Shown here: in pieces, positions 1 through 11,824 of the stretch
Position numbering within the stretch: position 1 is the first letter of the stretch
Layout: the number at the start of each line of letters is the position of its first letter
From: the human T2T-CHM13v2.0 reference genome, Homo sapiens
Strand: one strand, 5' to 3'
DNA length: 64,000 nucleotides
NCBI RefSeq assembly: GCF_009914755.1
Contig: NC_060929.1
Notes under the pieces: generated by a model
What the model saw: only the letters and a program-made list of their open reading frames with translations
Databases searched by the model: none
What the model was told of the DNA's origin: nothing
Made by a program: the position numbers and the translations under genes

Positions 1-529
1 AAATATAATGTAATATTTGATCAAGCTAAAGAATAAGTAAAATGAGAACTTAGACCAAGGAAAGATGAAATCATTTTGGCAGGGGTAATCTTAAAAAGAA
101 ATGACAACAACAACAGATCATAGCCAGAGACATTTTGAATGAGTACCTTCATATTAGAATGGGTTTGGGAGTCAGGACATGTGTTATCTGAACATGAATT
201 ATTCTACCTTTTCATTTATAAGGTCTATATGTATAATATTTACTTTATAGCTTTATGGTTAGGAATAAACAAGGTGGTACATGGATATCATTCAAATGAG
301 TATAACTGGAAGTAGTACTTAGACGAAAATTAACTCACTGTATCGAGATTTCTGAAGCATGAACTTGACATTCCATTGTATTCCATATCCTATGGGACCA
401 GTGCATTACCTGATGCAAAGTTAGAAACTAGTTAGCATGTGCTGAATGAATAACAAGGAAAGTATGCTGACAAGAAAGTACATACTGGATAAGAGTGATT
501 TTCTAAGCCACATTGTGAAGAATTGTGGA

Positions 530-681
530 CAGAATCTTTTTTTTTTTTTTTTTTTTTTTTTTAGTTTTACATGACAGCCAGGCACGGTTGCTCACACCTG
601 CAGTCCCAACACTCTGGGAGGCCAAGGCCGGTGGATCGTCTGAGGCCAGGGTTTTGAGAGAGACGATATAGTCAGAATCTT
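530..681 (-). mobile_element. Short L1-mediated retro-insertion: poly(A) tail plus a ~110-nt body containing an antisense Alu left-arm segment
   Basis: CAGAATCTT occurs at 530-538 and 673-681 (TSD). T26 run at 537-562. Alu 5' segment at ~577-659 on +. The right junction TCTT/AA is an L1 endonuclease-type site. Confidence 0.7.
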
Positions 682-859
682 AAAGGTCCAAAAATAAATA
701 AATGGAAACTGATATTGGTACCTACTGTGTGTCTTTATAGTTTAAAATATGTGGTACAAAAAATTGTATATATTCTTCAAAAGTGTATTTGGTATTTTGA
801 TTGACGAAATTGGGCCTTTAATATATGATAGCCATTATTACATATCCTATAATGTTCAA

Positions 860-980
860 GAATTAATTAATTTATTAAGTCAATGACATTTCTTGAGTGC
901 CTATAATGAGCTAAGTATCAGGGCAAAGCATAAAGCAAGACAATGCCCTGTTTTCATGAAGCTCATATTCTAAAACAAAA
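860..980 (-). mobile_element. L2 LINE 3' fragment
   Basis: Degenerate 'atttcttgagtgcctataatgagctaagta...ccctgttttcatgaagctcatattct', typical of the antisense L2 3' end. Confidence 0.5.
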
Positions 981-1107
981 AAGTGATAATTATATTGATA
1001 ATTCTGATTTCATATTTCCTTGATTTATCAGATATCTGATAGAGACATCAAAATTATATGATAGTATATTCAATATCCTTTTAAAAAGCATACTTTAAGA
1101 ATACTTT

Positions 1108-1411
1108 CACGATGGCTCACGCCTCTAATTCCTTTGGGATTTACAACTTTGGGAGGCGGAAGCAGGCAGATCATGAGGTTAGGAGTTCGAGACTAGTTTG
1201 GCCAAATAGTGAAACCCAGTCTCTACTAAAAATACAAAAATTAGCCTGGCATGGTGTGCGCGCCTGTAGTCCCAGCTACTTGGGAGACTGAGGCAAGAGA
1301 ATTGCTTGAACCCGGGAGATGGAAGGTTGTGGTGAGCCGAGATTGCATCACTGCACTCCAGCCTAGGCAAAAGAGTGATACTCCACCTCAAAAAAAAAAA
1401 AAAAAAAAAAA
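1108..1411 (+). mobile_element. AluS (Sg-like)
   Basis: Dimeric Alu with 'gatcatgaggt' 2-nt deletion, central A-rich linker and A22 tail. Confidence 0.95.
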
Positions 1412-1540
1412 TTTACATACAGTAAAATTAACTCTTTTTAGCATACAGTTCTATAAATTTAGACAAATGCATAGAATTACATAACCACTACTGTAATCAA
1501 GATATAGAACAGTTTAATGAACCCCAAAAGTACCTTGTGA
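1412..1540 (-). mobile_element. Old L1M (L1MC/ME-type) 3' UTR fragment
   Basis: 'tttacatacagtaaaat...catacagttctataaatttagacaaatgcata...taaccactac...caagatatagaaca'. Confidence 0.7.
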
Positions 1541-4500
1541 AAACAAATTATTGATAAAGATTTGAAAATTTTTAAAGAAAATAGAAATTTAACCGAGTCA
1601 ACCAATTAACTCAGAAATTATAAAAGTATAATTAAGCTCCATTAAGTGTAGTCTTAAGGCATATTTAACCTCAAGAAACAGAAACCAGTGCAAAGTAATT
1701 TAAGTTAAAACAAGGAAAAAACACAGGATACAGTCTTTGTTAGTGAAGACAGCAGCATCTTTCATAGATGAAATGAAATGTCAGTACTCACTGGAACTTT
1801 AGATTTGTTTAGTCCACTACTCACTTGATCTTCTTTTTGTGGTCAGCATAATTGTTTATCTTTGTAGTTCTCTGAGAAACTGTCCACTTGGTAGTGATGG
1901 CTGTTCCAAAAAGGCATCCCCAAGCCATGAGTCCCTGTTATCTTACAAAATCTGTACTCACATGGAATAAATGTATGCCTGAATTCAGGTCCCAAATTCC
2001 AATAAAAAGAATAAATGTGGCCAGGGAAGGAAATCAGGTTGCATACAGAATTACACATCTTAGCATCCATAGGTGGGATTGGCAGCCTCCTGCTTCACTG
2101 CAATGACGCCTCAGCAAGAGTAGTAGTAACTGTAGTCGTAGTAGAAATTATAATAGTAACAACAATGGTAAATCAAAAATACCAAGGTGGAGAGCATATT
2201 TTATTTTAAAGAGATTGTCTAGAGTATAGCTATTATTAAAGTGCAATAAGATAATATCTCAAACAAAGGAGGAACTATCAGATCTAGGAAAAGTGAGAGT
2301 CTCTATTAAGGTAATACTAAAATAACTAAGTGAGAAAAAAAGTTCCAGTAATAGTGATCAGCACTAAAATAACTCAGCCAATGTTTAGAATCTTGGTTAT
2401 CAAACAAGGGATGTTCTCAAAACATATTCCCTGAAGATGATTTGGAGATAAATATTTGAATAATATTAATACATATACTTGTATTACAGTCAATTGGTTA
2501 ATAGTTTAACCTGAACACGTTAATAAACACCATTTTAATTTAAGACACTGACAATACAAATAAAACATTAATGCATAAAAGTGAGTTCTATACCATAAAA
2601 CTTATGTTCATTACACTAAATTTTAGAGATTGCCTGCAATAGTTGATGAAATCATTTGTTTATATTTCTATAATGACATATGTCAGTGATATTGGACTAG
2701 AATATTTAGATCATCTACAATTAAAATTGCATATCTCATTTATCCTAAAGATCTTAATTTAAAAATCAATGGTATACATGTAGTTACCAGTCACTCTGTC
2801 AAGTGTCCGGGAAAAAATAATACTGAAAATTTATAAACAAGATGGAAAGAGAGGGATATATCTATATATTGCTTTTCATTTTCTTTTAAATGAGATCCAA
2901 GATGATAGAGATGCAAAGCACACCTTTTCCACAAGCAAAAAAGAAAAAAAAATAGTGATTCAGCTTGAAAACCAGAAAAAAATCTCAGAGTGGAAAACAA
3001 TTAAGAACTCGAATGTTTGTAGAGTACTTTTTCAGGGTCAAAATTATATCCAAAAATTATAAGTATTAGTTTTTTGCAAGTGATTCCTGACTCAGCAAAA
3101 TAGAAATAAATAACTCATTTCTAAGGAGTCCTATTTTATATTTATATTTACATTCATTATGGAGAGCAAATATATTTTAAGCCATCTGCCACATTCTCTT
3201 CTTTTGGCCTCAGTGGTTCTTGGTACCACAAAATAAAATCTATTCACACACATACATGTGTGCTCATCCATGTGCTCACTCACACATAAACACAAAGCAA
3301 TAAATTATAAATTTTATTATTTTCTAAACATAAGACTGATAAAATTTGAAATTAATTGTGGACTAATAGATCTACAACTAAAATTGCTACTTATATTGAT
3401 AGGATCACACAAAGTAATAAAGATTAGTATAATAAAAATCTTGTGCTGATGTGAAGAGTTTAAATACAGTATCTATAACTTCAGTGTAGATTAGATACAT
3501 ATCTGTGTAAATAATATATTCTACAATTTGGAATATGATTACTTGCAAAATATTTATATTTCTTATATCATCTAAGGATCTTCCTTTCATGAAAGGAATG
3601 GATATATATTCCATTCTAAACCCATATTGAGGATTCTGAGTGTGTGGGTCTTTTCAGCTATAGTCAATGAAATGAACAAAGTCTTTAGAACTTCTGAAAA
3701 TAGATTTTGAGCTACATCTCTAGAAAATTTTAATAAAAAATGCATGTAGCAGGCAGAGCCTTAACGTATTTAAATTCTTCATTATTCAATGGCTAATTAC
3801 TCATTTTGTGATGACCCAGGTCTGTGGCTTCTCTTCTTTTTTCCCTCTGGCTGTCTGCCTTTGGCCATTTCACAGTTCATTAGCACCTTTAACATCTGAT
3901 GGGCAGGAGAAGAATATAGGTATGGCTCAAATCAGTCAATTTTACAGTTTTGCATTACTGGGACTACAGATTCGGTGAGATTTGCAATTGAAACTAACAC
4001 ATAAAATGGAATTACAGAGGTATTTCTGAACTTCAAATAATTATTTTCACTCAAAAGTTGATTACACTGAGATAATATAACTAAGCATTTTTTAAGAATT
4101 GGTTTTTTGGTAGAAATTTCCTCTGTTCTCTCTTATATAATTACTAAGGGTTCAGTAGTTCACTGTATAATGTAGAGAAATTACAGACATAGAAGGAGGC
4201 TGGATTAAAACTATGGAAAGAACACATTGCATTAAATTTAATATTGACTACACATCACCAATAATCCCTTATCTTCTTAATGGCTTTCTCTCAAAGTAAA
4301 TGAATAATCTAATAAACAAATGTAATACTTCTATAAAAATACTGTGCGGTATAACTGTATATGTTGTTATCATATTTTGTCTAAGATTCATATTTTTTCA
4401 TGTATCTATTGTGATTTAAAATGAATAGATACACAGTTTTGGTATAGTTTCTTTAGAAAAATCTATCGAGAAATATTTATGTATTAAAATTAAGAAAACA

Positions 4501-6180
4501 GATATATAAAAAGAACAAGTGCCTTCACTCATTTAAGCTCCATTTCCAACAAATTTAATGTGAGATTTAAATGAGAAAATATATATTATGCATTGATTTA
4601 ATGCCTGGAGCTTACGAAATGATCAACAAATAGCATTATATATTATTAAGCTTATATAAGTACATATGTATTTATATAACTGTTGTCTTTGTTTATGGTT
4701 TCAGGGTAAGAAATCCTGACCTCAGTGCTACTTTTACTGTTGGCATGTATGTCTCTCTAACAATCTCCCAAGGGGTGTATTCCATTTATACCATGTACAA
4801 GCCTCACCCATGCACTACAGAGTGGGTAAACATCCACATTAAAAAGGCAAAAGTTAATAACTGAGTTCTAGTTTTACTGTGTTTTAATATACTGTGTGAC
4901 TCTGAGTAAGACATTTGACTTTTCAGACCTCCAAAACTTGACTTATATAATGGCCAAGGCTGAACATATATCATCATTTGCTGTATCCACTGCTCAAACA
5001 TTTTGCTACCAACTTATCTCTGATCTTACTGGACCAGTTTTTTCCCATCAGAGTGTCTTACATTCCATAATGGTGTAATTCAAATTAGATGTTTTCTTAC
5101 TTTCCATTGCAGTAACCTTCTTTAATCTGTCTAAGTTTGGGGAGTTTTGGTGCCTTATCCCCTTACTATGGTATTAATTTATAAAATTTTGTAAAATGGG
5201 ACCACTCTTACTTTAAGACATGGTAAGATAGTTACCCCTCTGTTACTTACTTATCCTATTTTATCTCCCTTGAAAGTGTCTTGCCCTAGTCCAGTTTGTG
5301 TATCTCACTTTCTTGTCTTTATAAATAGACATTATCTCATATCCTTACCTTTCCGCATTTTTGGTATACAAGCAAATTATATTTATGGGAAAGCAAAAAT
5401 GATATCCTATTTTGCACTTCTGGAGTACTCTCTTTTTTTTTTTTTTTTTTTTTTTTTGTATTCAGGAACTCCTTACAGAGTCAAGGACATAGTGGGGTCT
5501 CAGGAAACAGTAGTTGAATTGGTTGGGTGAGAAAGACTACATGATCTGAGTTGAACCATATGAGAAAGCACTGAACACCAAAGTACCTTGATGGATCATT
5601 GGATGATTGGAAAGAAAAGAACAAGTGAAAGAGGGGGAGATTATGAAAGAGAGTAAGTGAGCATTATCAGGGGGAAAGAGCAAAATGATCCACATTAAGA
5701 AATGAGAGGCTCTCTGAAAGAAGGGAAGTCTCTCCCAGAGTGTGATGTAGCATCAGATAATCCACGTACCTTCTTTTTGTTTCTGTTTTTAAAATAAAGC
5801 ACCTTTCTCTAGTCTATTATTTTATTTTAAACTTATTTGATTAATCCATGCTATGTGCAATAAATGATAATAAGAAATGTTTGAATGAAAAGTTTTTAGA
5901 AAAACAAGAAAGGCCAGTTGGATTAATTTTTTTGTATGTGACTTTATTGTCATCCCTTTTCAAGAGGGGAATATTAAATTAAATAAGATTTTTGTAAAAA
6001 ATGAACTTTATATAAAAGGAAGCAAATTGCTGAGCACAGGTAAATGTCACCACAGAACAGAGATATTCATGTAAGAAATTTTTCCTAATTATAAAAAGAG
6101 AGTACATGCACACATATACATACATATATGTGTGTGTATATATATGCTCTAAAGTATAAACTCATACTTTAAAACATACC

Positions 6181-6183
<3 letters not shown>

Positions 6184-6269
<86 letters not shown>

Positions 6270-6282
6270 AGAGAGAGAGAGA
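6184..6282. repeat. Compound (CA)n(GA)n microsatellite
   Basis: Direct reading: CA tract to ~6236, then a GA/GGGA tract. Confidence 0.98.
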
Positions 6283-6909
6283 AGTCTGAAACTCCAATCT
6301 CAGGTACATATTATTATTACAGAAAAATAAACAAATCAGTAAAATTACTAGGCTAAATTTTCTATTTCAATGAAATAGCAGATTTGAAGCATTTTCACAG
6401 TAACCGTGTATGTTGACAATAAGTAGCAGAAGAAAATGAGAAGTGTTTTCTTACTGAACACATTGTACCTTTGGTTTCTGTATTTTAAACAAACTAATTT
6501 TCTTCTTATGTTAGATGTTAATTATGACCTTTGACTTTAGATAGTAATGTATAATGACTACTAGGCTTCATAATATCTCTGCTTCTAATTTATCTAAATA
6601 TTTTGAGCCTATATTTTTATATTTTCAAAACTTGAAATTAGCACATCTGATTTCTGAGTAATATATGATGCTAAATCCTTTGTTACTAAAATCTTATTAT
6701 ATAAATAGGAACAAAAACCCAAACAGAAACAAACAAAGAGAAGCATCACTCTACAAACAACTATACTTGACAGGTGTTTGCTTGTGTTTTGTTGTTATTG
6801 ATAAGCTTTTAAGAGCAATTTTTGGGTAAAACTGTATACTCTTCTACCTTCAGTCCCATTTCCAACATTACAAAAACTTGTTTGTATTATTTCAATTAAA
6901 ATAATATTT

Positions 6910-7470
6910 TGGAATTACCATATGGCCCAGCAATCCAATCCTATGTGTATGCCCAAGAGAATCAAAAACATATGTTCACACCAAAATGTACGTGAATGTT
7001 CATATCAACATTATTCATAAGAGCCAAAAATTAGAAACAACAGAAAATGCTATCAACTGATGAAAGGATAAATATAATTTATTATATTCATGCAATGGAA
7101 TTTTATGCAACATAAAAAGGAACAAAGTACTGATATACTATATGCTGCAACATGGATGAACCTTGAAAATATCATGCTTAAGGAAAGAAGCCAAATGCAA
7201 AAGGTCACATATTATGTAATTTTATTTACATGAAACATCCAGAATAGGCAAATACATAGAGGAAGAAAATAAATCTGTTGCCAGAGAATGGAGGAAGGGA
7301 ATGGAGAGTGGCTGATAATGAGTGAGGGGTTTCTTTTTAGGGTGACAAAAAAAAATTCCTTCAGCTAGAGGTGATGGTGGTACAACATTGTGAATATACT
7401 GAAACCATAAATTGTACATTTTTAAGTGGTGAATTTTATGATAAGTGACTTATATATTAACTAAAAAATC
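6910..7470 (+). mobile_element. L1MB 3' end
   Basis: ORF2 C-terminal region 'gaattaccatatggcccagcaatcc' and 3' UTR 'acatggatgaaccttgaaaa...gtgatggtggtacaacattgtgaatatact'. Confidence 0.85.
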
Positions 7471-7680
7471 TAAAAACGGTAATACTGGGGTTTGGTTTTA
7501 TTTTTTAATTTGACTGTATTTTGGAGTAAAGTTTGCAATATTTTCCAACTTTGGAGGTTTCTCAAACTTAGGAGATAAATTTTTATCACTTATAACATTA
7601 TCAATTCTTTGCAACTACTTCTTGAGTAGTCTTTATTATGGCTTTCAAGCAAGTGCTCATGGTTTTTCCCCTAAGTTGAC

Positions 7681-7979
<299 letters not shown>

Positions 7980-8619
7980 CCCTAAGCTGACTTTCCAACA
8001 GTAGCAAAAGATGTTGATCATGAGCATCTCATATGCCTAGTCCAGAAAATGTGAAAATATTAAACATTATCTGAATTTACAAGTGAGAAATGTAAATTAC
8101 TGGAATGTTGTGCCAAGAAAAGAAAATACAATAAAAGATTTTTACAAGTACAGATTTGGGAACACAGAAATTAGGTGAAGTTACAATAAAAATGTTCCTT
8201 CCTAAGTTTATTATCTTACTATTGATCATATTTCTATTTTGTAGAAAAGTAAGCATATTTAATTGCAGAAGTCTAACATGACAGTTTCCAAAATTATACA
8301 AATTTATCCTTAGAGCCCATTACAAATGCGGTACCAATAAAATGTAATAAAATAAGTCCACATCACAAATCTGATAAATTACTTTCTGTATAATTTTTCA
8401 TAATATTTCACCTACTAATATCTATTCACTGGCATCCTGGATTTCAAAGGACATTAGTATACTGTAAAGTGACAAAACATTCAAAAGAGGGAAATTCTAA
8501 AAGACCTACATTTTTAACTTAAAGCTAGTAATTAAATAGTAGGATAATATAAAATAATATAACCCAAGGCAGAGTGTAAGTATCAGTTTGAAATTCCATT
8601 TTCTTAAAAATTATTCATC

Positions 8620-8768
8620 GATAGCATTAGGAGATATACCTAATGTAAATGACGAGTTAATGGGTGCAGCACACCAACATGGCACGTGTATACATATGTA
8701 ACAAACCTGCATGTTGTGCACATGTACCCTAGAACTTAAAGTATAATAATATATATGTATTAAAAAAA
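8620..8768 (+). mobile_element. Extremely 5'-truncated L1PA (L1PA4/5-like) 3' end
   Basis: 'gatagcattaggagatatacctaatgtaaatgacgagttaatgggtgcagcacaccaacatggc...ccctagaacttaaagtataat'. Perfect TSD AAAAATTATTCATC at 8606-8619 and 8764-8777. Confidence 0.95.
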
Positions 8769-8894
8769 TTATTCATCTTTTCATAGGAATATCTAAATGC
8801 CTAAAGAATTTCCACAAGTTTCTGTTTTCCAGGCAAAAAGTATCTTTCCCATTCCTGTGCAAATCTTGCCTACCAACCAGGTTTGTCTTTTAGC

Positions 8895-9190
8895 AGGAGT
8901 CTAAAAACTCAAACGTATCTAAAAGCCATGACACAGAAGGCCTGGAGACTGCATGGAATGATGAGGACTGCAGTGAACTCTGAAGTGCCTACCCATGTGA
9001 AACGAACAAGTGCTATTCGGAAGAAGCAGGTTGTGTTAATGTAGGTGTCCAAGCCTAGAATCATGAAATTATATTTTTAAGAGAAAAATGACAATGTGCA
9101 TTTTCATGTTTCATCATTAAAACACTTTATTAAAACACTAAACATGGCCACAAAGCTTTACGGATAAAACAGACACTATCTGGATATTTT
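8895..9190 (+). mobile_element. Possible MER102-like hAT-Charlie MITE
   Basis: Degenerate similarity ('aaactcaaa', 'gactgcagtgaactc', 'tttttaagagaa'). Recalled consensus only. Confidence 0.4.
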
Positions 9191-9635
9191 GCATGAATCA
9201 AAAAAAAAAAAAAAAAAAAAGAAAAGAGAAAGGAGTAAGTAGTTGGGACCATATGAATCATTATTTAAAAAGGAGAAAGTGAAATGATTAAGTAAAAGGG
9301 GAAAAGTGGCAAAAATTTATGGTGTAAAACTGAGAAAATATCTGCAATATATGTGCCTACTGTTTTTAAATAAAACAAGTTTTTGTATTAGATAATTTTT
9401 AACAATTATAATATTTGTTATAGTATTTCAAAGGATATTTTAAATGGTTTGCTATTAAACTTGATTATTTAAACACTAAGGAAAAAAACCTTAATATTCT
9501 TTTGTACGTTACAAGTCTGAAGGTGATTTTAATACCCCACATCTTTACGTTTGAGCCGGCAGCCAGCAGTTGAAATTGACATGTGAGAGTTCTTCTAAGT
9601 CCCAGATGCTAGCTGCCAACTGCCTTTTTGTTCTT

Positions 9636-9680
9636 GTTTCCTTGGAAACGGAGATTGGTTTCATGAAAACAAGGTAAGTA
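9636..9680 (+). promoter_or_regulatory. Two RFX X-box-like palindromes, a reverse CCAAT box and a consensus 5' splice site
   Basis: GTTTCCTTGGAAAC at 9636-9649, ATTGG at 9654-9658, GGTTTCATGAAAAC at 9657-9670, and AAG|GTAAGT at 9673/9674. Confidence 0.5.
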
Positions 9681-10475
9681 CAACTTTTACAGCAGAGAAG
9701 TGGAACGCTCCTTTGTCAGTTTCAGCTTGCTGGCTGAGACCTGTAAGTACAGCCTTCCAGAACAGACTGAAGTTGGAAGCCAGTTGAGGCACATCAGAGT
9801 TTATGGCAAAACAGCAGTACATATGTTCTTCCTATTTAAATTTAATGTGGGAAAATGATCCAATAAAAGATTAAAGTGATCAAAATTAACACAACAAAAC
9901 TTTATCAAGTCAAAAACACTTGGAGCCTAAAGTGAAAAACATGATATAGCACATTTAATAATGAGATGCTTTTAAGTCTTCAATAATCTCAAATATACTC
10001 TTACTGAGCAATTATCTGGGTCAGTTGTTCTCAGATATGACATACTTCTCAGTGGCAAGAATGGCTCACCCTGCATGACTCTGGGGAGACATAAGGAAAA
10101 AATAGAAGTGAAATGAGACATTCTCCCCCAGCAATGTTTTGCAAAAGTTCTTCAGGTGATTCTGATTGGTCTCAATTCCTCTTCTTTTAAAAAAAATCAC
10201 TGACCTGATCTAATCAGCTAATTTTAGGGAAAAGGACACCAAGGCACGGAAAGAAAGATAAAGTTAGTCATAGAAAACTTGAAGTCCAGCTAATGGTGAG
10301 TCAGGCAGAGAATCTAGCTCTGTTTCTGCTTCAAACATTTTCCTTTTTATACAATGGTACAGACGGTTTCCCTTGTAATTATTTCAAAATTCACTTGGTC
10401 ATGTAATTTTTCTTTAGTATCATCAACTGAATGTAAAGAAGTGTAACCATGGTACCTATAATACCATATATACCA

Positions 10476-10548
10476 TATGTATCATAAGGTAATGATACAT
10501 ATAATTATGTATCATAAGGTAATGATACATATAATTATGTATCATAAG
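10476..10548. repeat. 30-bp tandem repeat (~2.4 copies) built from inverted 10-mers
   Basis: Unit TATGTATCATAAGGTAATGATACATATAAT. TATGTATCAT and ATGATACATA are exact reverse complements. Confidence 0.95.
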
Positions 10549-11786
10549 ATACAAGGATTTCAACAGTTATTCTGAATTTCAACAGCCACCTTTTTTTTTA
10601 ACACCATAGTTAATTTGTCCTGCTATATACATAATGAGCTGGAAAATATAGCAAAATTAGGAGAGGGCATACCTTATTTTTTTAAGTTTTAACTTAATCA
10701 GTGGTGGTAATTTTACTTAACTTCAGTTTCATCAACAGAAGTTATTTAGGAAAAAAATTCACCTTCTAAGAGTTGAACCATATTGTGTGAAGATTCTTTG
10801 TATCCCTGAAGTGAATTACTGGCCAAAACAAAGGCTGTAAAAGCCCATGGCTACATCTGTTACCTGTTTAGGTGTCTTTAAAACATATTTACATTTAAAA
10901 AATTGAAATTCCCTTTCCTCTCTCGGTCGTCACTTGGTAAATTGTCAGTATGGTCTGATCTTTTAAGAAAAACTGTCTCTTTAAAATCGTGGTAAAACAC
11001 AGAACTTAAAAAGCTAATTTCTATTTCAGTGAATCAAAGAACAGCGATTAAACACAAGGTTCCTTCAATGATGTTCTATCACAGCCTTCATGTTTCCCAT
11101 CACACTACATATGGTCCAATTGTTTACAGATTACAAAAAAAATCCCTGCTCAGATGTTAAAACAAGATGTTTTCTTCACTTTCAAATGGCAGGCTGACTG
11201 CCAATTTTTACAATTAGTTATTCTGTGCAAAGAAAAAAAAAAGAAGTTTAATTATCACAATTTCTCATGTTTGGACATTACTCTGTGATGGGCAATCAAC
11301 CTGAGAACTGACAGAAATGAACTCTGGTTCATGACATTGGTGGAAGGCTCTTGGGAAGACAGCTTTTTGTAAGAGAGAAAATAGCAAAATAGAAAGGGGA
11401 AAGAATCTTCGCCAGAAATAGGTATCGAAACATCAAGGCAAACCAGCCACCTGCCAGTGATGCTGTTTCCCTGTGGCACCGTCTGGCAGGCAGAATTTCA
11501 CAGTGTTAAACAATAGTGCTGTGTACACCATGAGTGCACCTATCAATGGGTCACTGACTCTCTAAAAAGACTTGCTGATGGAGGTAGAGTGATTACAGGA
11601 GAGCAACAAACTGATGGTAGAAAGCCTCCTGTTCAGATGCCGGATCCCTGGTATTGCATGCGCTCAAAATTGGGATCCTCATTTTTTAAAGGAATTATTT
11701 GTATCTGCATTAAATTATGATTGATAGAATTGTTAACAGAAAGTTGAAGAAAATAGATTAATGAACTATATACGTAGAATTCCATG

Positions 11787-11788
<2 letters not shown>

Positions 11789-11823
<35 letters not shown>
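11789..11823. repeat. (CA)n microsatellite
   Basis: Direct reading. Confidence 0.97.

Positions 11824-11824
<1 letters not shown>

Noticed and set aside
1179-1484. Alu-derived ORFs (also 7601-7985, 24423-24719, 25453-25713, 34532-34819, 61382-61717)
   Set aside because: These are standard Alu translation artefacts.
10476-10548. CRISPR-like palindromic repeat array
   Set aside because: There are no unique spacers and the context is eukaryotic. It is a tandem repeat.
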